From assembly GCA_012295275.1 (NCBI GenBank), contig CM022667.1:20212001-20276000 (forward strand): DNA of 64,000 nucleotides, in the 5' to 3' direction. Numbering within the stretch: the stretch's first letter is position 1; the number at the start of each line of letters is the position of its first letter. Source of the DNA: Chrysomallon squamiferum (lineage: Eukaryota > Animalia > Mollusca). The notes beneath the pieces are model-generated. The model searched no databases and was not told where the DNA came from. It saw only the letters and a program-made list of their open reading frames with translations. The translations under genes were made by a program, and so were the position numbers. Of this stretch, positions 60,437 through 64,000 are shown in pieces.

Positions 60437-62680
60437 TTATTTGACGAAATTACTGTTATTCAAATTTGCCTCGGACACCTCTGTACTGTCAGTCGGCGAT
60501 GAAGAATATGAGAGTGGTCTCATAGCAACATTCTGATTAGGCACGCTGTTCTCAATATCGAACACTGACGTACTAGACGTGGTACACGTCGAGTCTTCTG
60601 ATTTCTTTTTCTTATCATTCTGCAGCTTCTGACTGGTAGATAGCGAATAAATAACACGGTCCCAAAATAGCCTATCTGATACGTCAAGGTATGTGAATGT
60701 TTTAAAACACCTTTTCAAAAGTGGATCCATATTCTGATCTGGTATCTTCTCGTACAGCAAGATGATAAGATGGCGACGTTTCTCGATTATGCTTTGATAG
60801 TAAGCCTGTCTAAATTCTTCCAGTGCCCAGTCACTTTTCATGAAATGTCTAGAAATGACAATGATAGTGTGTCTGCTTGCTTGTATGCTGTTCATGATGT
60901 TGTCTAAGATGGATACGCCTGGAATAAAGTCCCTGTGATGTAGACAGAGACGTAGTGTTTGCTCTTCACTTTCAGAGTTGCGGTCAGAATGAACGGCACG
61001 ATCATTTGAATCTGTACTACTTTCTTTCGGTTGTGTTGTCTTCTGAGTAAATCGCCTGGGAAAACGGATGCTCTCCAGTTTGGCGCACAGCGTGTCAATA
61101 ACCCAGTCTTCATCCTCGTTGCTGTAGGAAACAAAGGCGTCGTATTTTTTGTCTCTTTCAAAGTCAGTCTCATCACCGGGAAGCAGGATGTGAAAACGCG
61201 TGAAGAAAAGTATTCTAATTTCTCTCCTGTATCTGACAGTCAGCACCAGCAAAACAAAGAGAACAAGGACGAGGATTCCCATCAACGCCAGAGGAAGAAC
61301 AAAACTCGGGCTCTTTGGACAAAGAAGAGCTTCAAAGTCTAATGTGTGCAACATTTTCCCTCTTAAATTATCTGGTGATGCACAAGTCAGATTTTTCAAA
61401 TATCGATATTTTAATCCTTTACCGCTAAAAAATGTTTTGTTTCCAAGAAATGTAATGAACTGTAAGAGCTCGCAATCACAGTGTATGGGGTTGTTTTGTA
61501 TGTCTATAAATATTTTAGGTATTTCTGCCCATTTAATGATTTCTTCCACTGTCGGTTTTGTAAAATTGTTGGATCTCAAATTGATGTATGTAATCCCCGA
61601 TTCCCTCGTAGGAAAAAATTTAAAAGGTGCCTCTGAAATGTAATTATGTGAAATATCTAAACGTTTAAGCTTTGGGAAGTACAGTCTCCAGTTTAACAGC
61701 TGTTCTGGGATAATGTTGATGTTGTTGTGTGAGTAATTGAGGTAGACAAGGTTAGGATAACGAGATCCTTGCACTAGAAACTGATGGTGGAAAACACTCA
61801 GAGTATCGCTTACACTTTCATCCAGGTTTACTAACTTGTCATAGTTACACCGAGTTTGTGTTCTTAAAAGATTTTCCAACATGTCCGTGAAACCTAAGAG
61901 ACCTGAAGCTGGACCAGTTCTTGGTTTAGACGATGTTCTGCTGCTTGCGACGTCATCCGCTGTTGAAATGGCAACACTGTGAGTTGATGTGGAAACCGTC
62001 ACAGTTTCAGTTCTGTTGAGTCCATTTGCACTTTCTGTTATTGACTGAACGGTTGAAGATTCCACTGACGTTTGTGTGGTAACTTTTGAAAACAAAGATC
62101 CCATCATACCTGTGTAATCTAGTTTGTACGACACGTTACGAAAGAGAACTGATTCGAGTGTTTCGTCATGTCCGCAGTTATAATCAGAAGATATATTTTG
62201 TATCTTCGAAATAATGCTAATCAGTGAACTAATCCTAATTTTCATAACACTGTGTCTGACGTCTATTACTTTAAGTTCATCTGGCATTGACTCTACACTT
62301 TCGTTTCCCCAATCTCCAAATATATCGAGCATACTGCATCCTAGAACGTACAGACCAACCATTTTGGCCGCCTTCAGTGGCCACGGAAAGGAAATATTAC
62401 CGCCAGGTTTACACCTGATGTCGTAGATGTAGGTGAAATTGGAATGTCTGACCTTTGTCCATCTTCTGAGTCGTTCCAGCGATAAATGAACAGAATCATG
62501 AGATGATGGTTCACACACAATGCGGACAGGATTAAGATTTTCGTCGCTGATGTTCGGTTTGCAAATCTCACTCCAGCCTTTGGGAAGATAATACTCTTCA
62601 TCTTGTAAAACACTGCAGTAACTGTAACTGTTGAATACTAACGTCATCATAAACAGGACAATACACTTCATTTCAAGCAT
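60437..62680 (-). CDS. Toll-like receptor (signal peptide, Cys-rich N-region, few LRRs, LRRCT, TM, TIR), single coding exon, 747 aa
   Basis: True start MLEMKCIVLF at 62680, just after a TTTCAG acceptor (exon begins 62684). LRRs: LVYLNYSHNNI, LKRLDISHNYI, INLRSNNF. LRRCT: NPIHCDC...LTCASP...LC. Hydrophobic TM. TIR boxes: YDAFVSYS, LCLHHRDFIPG, FWDR. Confidence 0.95.
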   Translation of the reverse strand: MLEMKCIVLFMMTLVFNSYSYCSVLQDEEYYLPKGWSEICKPNISDENLNPVRIVCEPSSHDSVHLSLERLRRWTKVRHSNFTYIYDIRCKPGGNISFPWPLKAAKMVGLYVLGCSMLDIFGDWGNESVESMPDELKVIDVRHSVMKIRISSLISIISKIQNISSDYNCGHDETLESVLFRNVSYKLDYTGMMGSLFSKVTTQTSVESSTVQSITESANGLNRTETVTVSTSTHSVAISTADDVASSRTSSKPRTGPASGLLGFTDMLENLLRTQTRCNYDKLVNLDESVSDTLSVFHHQFLVQGSRYPNLVYLNYSHNNINIIPEQLLNWRLYFPKLKRLDISHNYISEAPFKFFPTRESGITYINLRSNNFTKPTVEEIIKWAEIPKIFIDIQNNPIHCDCELLQFITFLGNKTFFSGKGLKYRYLKNLTCASPDNLRGKMLHTLDFEALLCPKSPSFVLPLALMGILVLVLFVLLVLTVRYRREIRILFFTRFHILLPGDETDFERDKKYDAFVSYSNEDEDWVIDTLCAKLESIRFPRRFTQKTTQPKESSTDSNDRAVHSDRNSESEEQTLRLCLHHRDFIPGVSILDNIMNSIQASRHTIIVISRHFMKSDWALEEFRQAYYQSIIEKRRHLIILLYEKIPDQNMDPLLKRCFKTFTYLDVSDRLFWDRVIYSLSTSQKLQNDKKKKSEDSTCTTSSTSVFDIENSVPNQNVAMRPLSYSSSPTDSTEVSEANLNNSNFVK

Positions 62681-62688
62681 GGATCTGA

Positions 62689-62689
<1 letters not shown>

Positions 62690-62779
<90 letters not shown>

Positions 62780-62798
62780 ATATAATAGTAGTAGTAGT
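62690..62798. repeat. (AAT)n(AGT)n microsatellite in the TLR 5' intron
   Basis: Lies immediately upstream of the TLR acceptor and produces the false poly-Tyr N-terminus in the ORF track. Confidence 0.95.
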
Positions 62799-62990
62799 TG
62801 TAATACTACTGTAAATATAATCATGGAATTAGTTATCAGAATGTTAATAATAGAAGCGTGTGGTGACTGGTCTGGGTTTACATGATAATAATAATACCTG
62901 GGCGGTTATACTTATATTTTTATCTACTCGGAGGCCGATATAAAGTGTTTGCTGCTGAATTATGAAACACTCAAAATGCATATCAGTTGT

Positions 62991-63022
<32 letters not shown>

Positions 63023-63167
63023 CTTTATCTAAACCATTTTGGTATCTTTTACTATTTTGTTCTTGAAAGAACATTCGAGTACCTGTGCAATAAATGAAGT
63101 TTGATTAGAAAATAAATTATTAAAATAAGATGAGCTGTATTTTTCAAAGGATTCCTTCATGGTAGAA

Positions 63168-63213
<46 letters not shown>

Positions 63214-63932
63214 TTCTTTTTTTATTTGTTTATTCAGAAATGCTTACAAATGAAAATAGTATTTTGGAAAGATACGGTAATTATTTTAAATACTGTATAT
63301 TCCATTAATTAATTACTGATTCACGTAAATTATGTACATAACATGAACATGTAAAACAACACCTCCACCATCAATAATATAAAATAATAATAATAATAAT
63401 TTAATAAAACCAAACAAAAACAAAAATAAATTCAAAAACAACAACTAACAAAACAAACAAACAAAAAACAAAAAACCTGTAACAAAGAGAAGACCCCCGC
63501 TCAAAAACAATTGAAATTATTACTTATACTGAAGAAAAATACTATATATAAAACCAACAATTATTGAAATAGTAGTAGTAACTGCGAAAATAATACAGTT
63601 TATACAAATAAAAATAACCAAGTAAATTACAATACCTTAGCAGCAGGAATCAGGTAAATTACACATTTTCCATCCTTTAGTGTCAGTGTCAAATCAAAAA
63701 CATCCAACAATAAAATAACAAAATAAATTTATATTAGTTTCATATTTTCTGTGTGTATGGTTTGTACACGTCTGTAAACCAGTTTAGAAGTGAACAATGG
63801 CTGAAGGCAGTGAGGAGTTGATAATCTCGCTATCACAGCACACTGGGAATGATAAATATTCTGTAACATGTGGTTTTATTCTTCTTCTCTCCAGGACAAG
63901 ACTACTTTAGTGAAAATAAAATTTAAAGACAT

Positions 63933-63936
<4 letters not shown>

Positions 63937-64000
<64 letters not shown>
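63937..64000. repeat. (CT)n microsatellite
   Basis: Visible directly; another (CT)n tract lies at 55820-55886. Confidence 0.95.

Noticed and set aside
61031-62426. Plus-strand ORFs overlapping the TLR
   Set aside because: Antisense shadows of a long coding exon with no recognisable motifs.
62681-62824. Poly-Tyr N-terminal extension of the 795-aa TLR ORF
   Set aside because: It is a translated intronic microsatellite upstream of a clear acceptor; the signal peptide starts at 62680.

Overview
AT-rich, microsatellite-rich animal genomic DNA; the gene features suggest a lophotrochozoan, probably a mollusc (inference). I reconstructed three minus-strand genes by hand from splice signals and homology: (1) a complete 25-exon K-Cl cotransporter (KCC, SLC12A4-7 family; 7410-42517, ~1056 aa); (2) a complete 22-exon NSUN2 tRNA m5C methyltransferase (44687-53643, ~788 aa); (3) a Toll-like receptor with one coding exon and a short ectodomain (60437-62680, 747 aa). 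An exon at 543-702 probably starts a second, tandem KCC-like gene that runs off the left edge. The KCC gene has unusually layered splicing. It carries four U12 minor-spliceosome introns (one AT-AC, and one exon flanked by U12 introns on both sides), two alternative N-termini (only one with the SPAK/OSR1 RFxV motif), a candidate 6-nt microexon, a candidate 18-nt microexon at the position of the vertebrate KCC2 'EWENL' microexon, a candidate poison exon, and three duplicated splice acceptors. Most other ORFs in the supplied track are microsatellite or antisense artefacts. All alternative-exon calls are sequence-only predictions and need RNA-seq.
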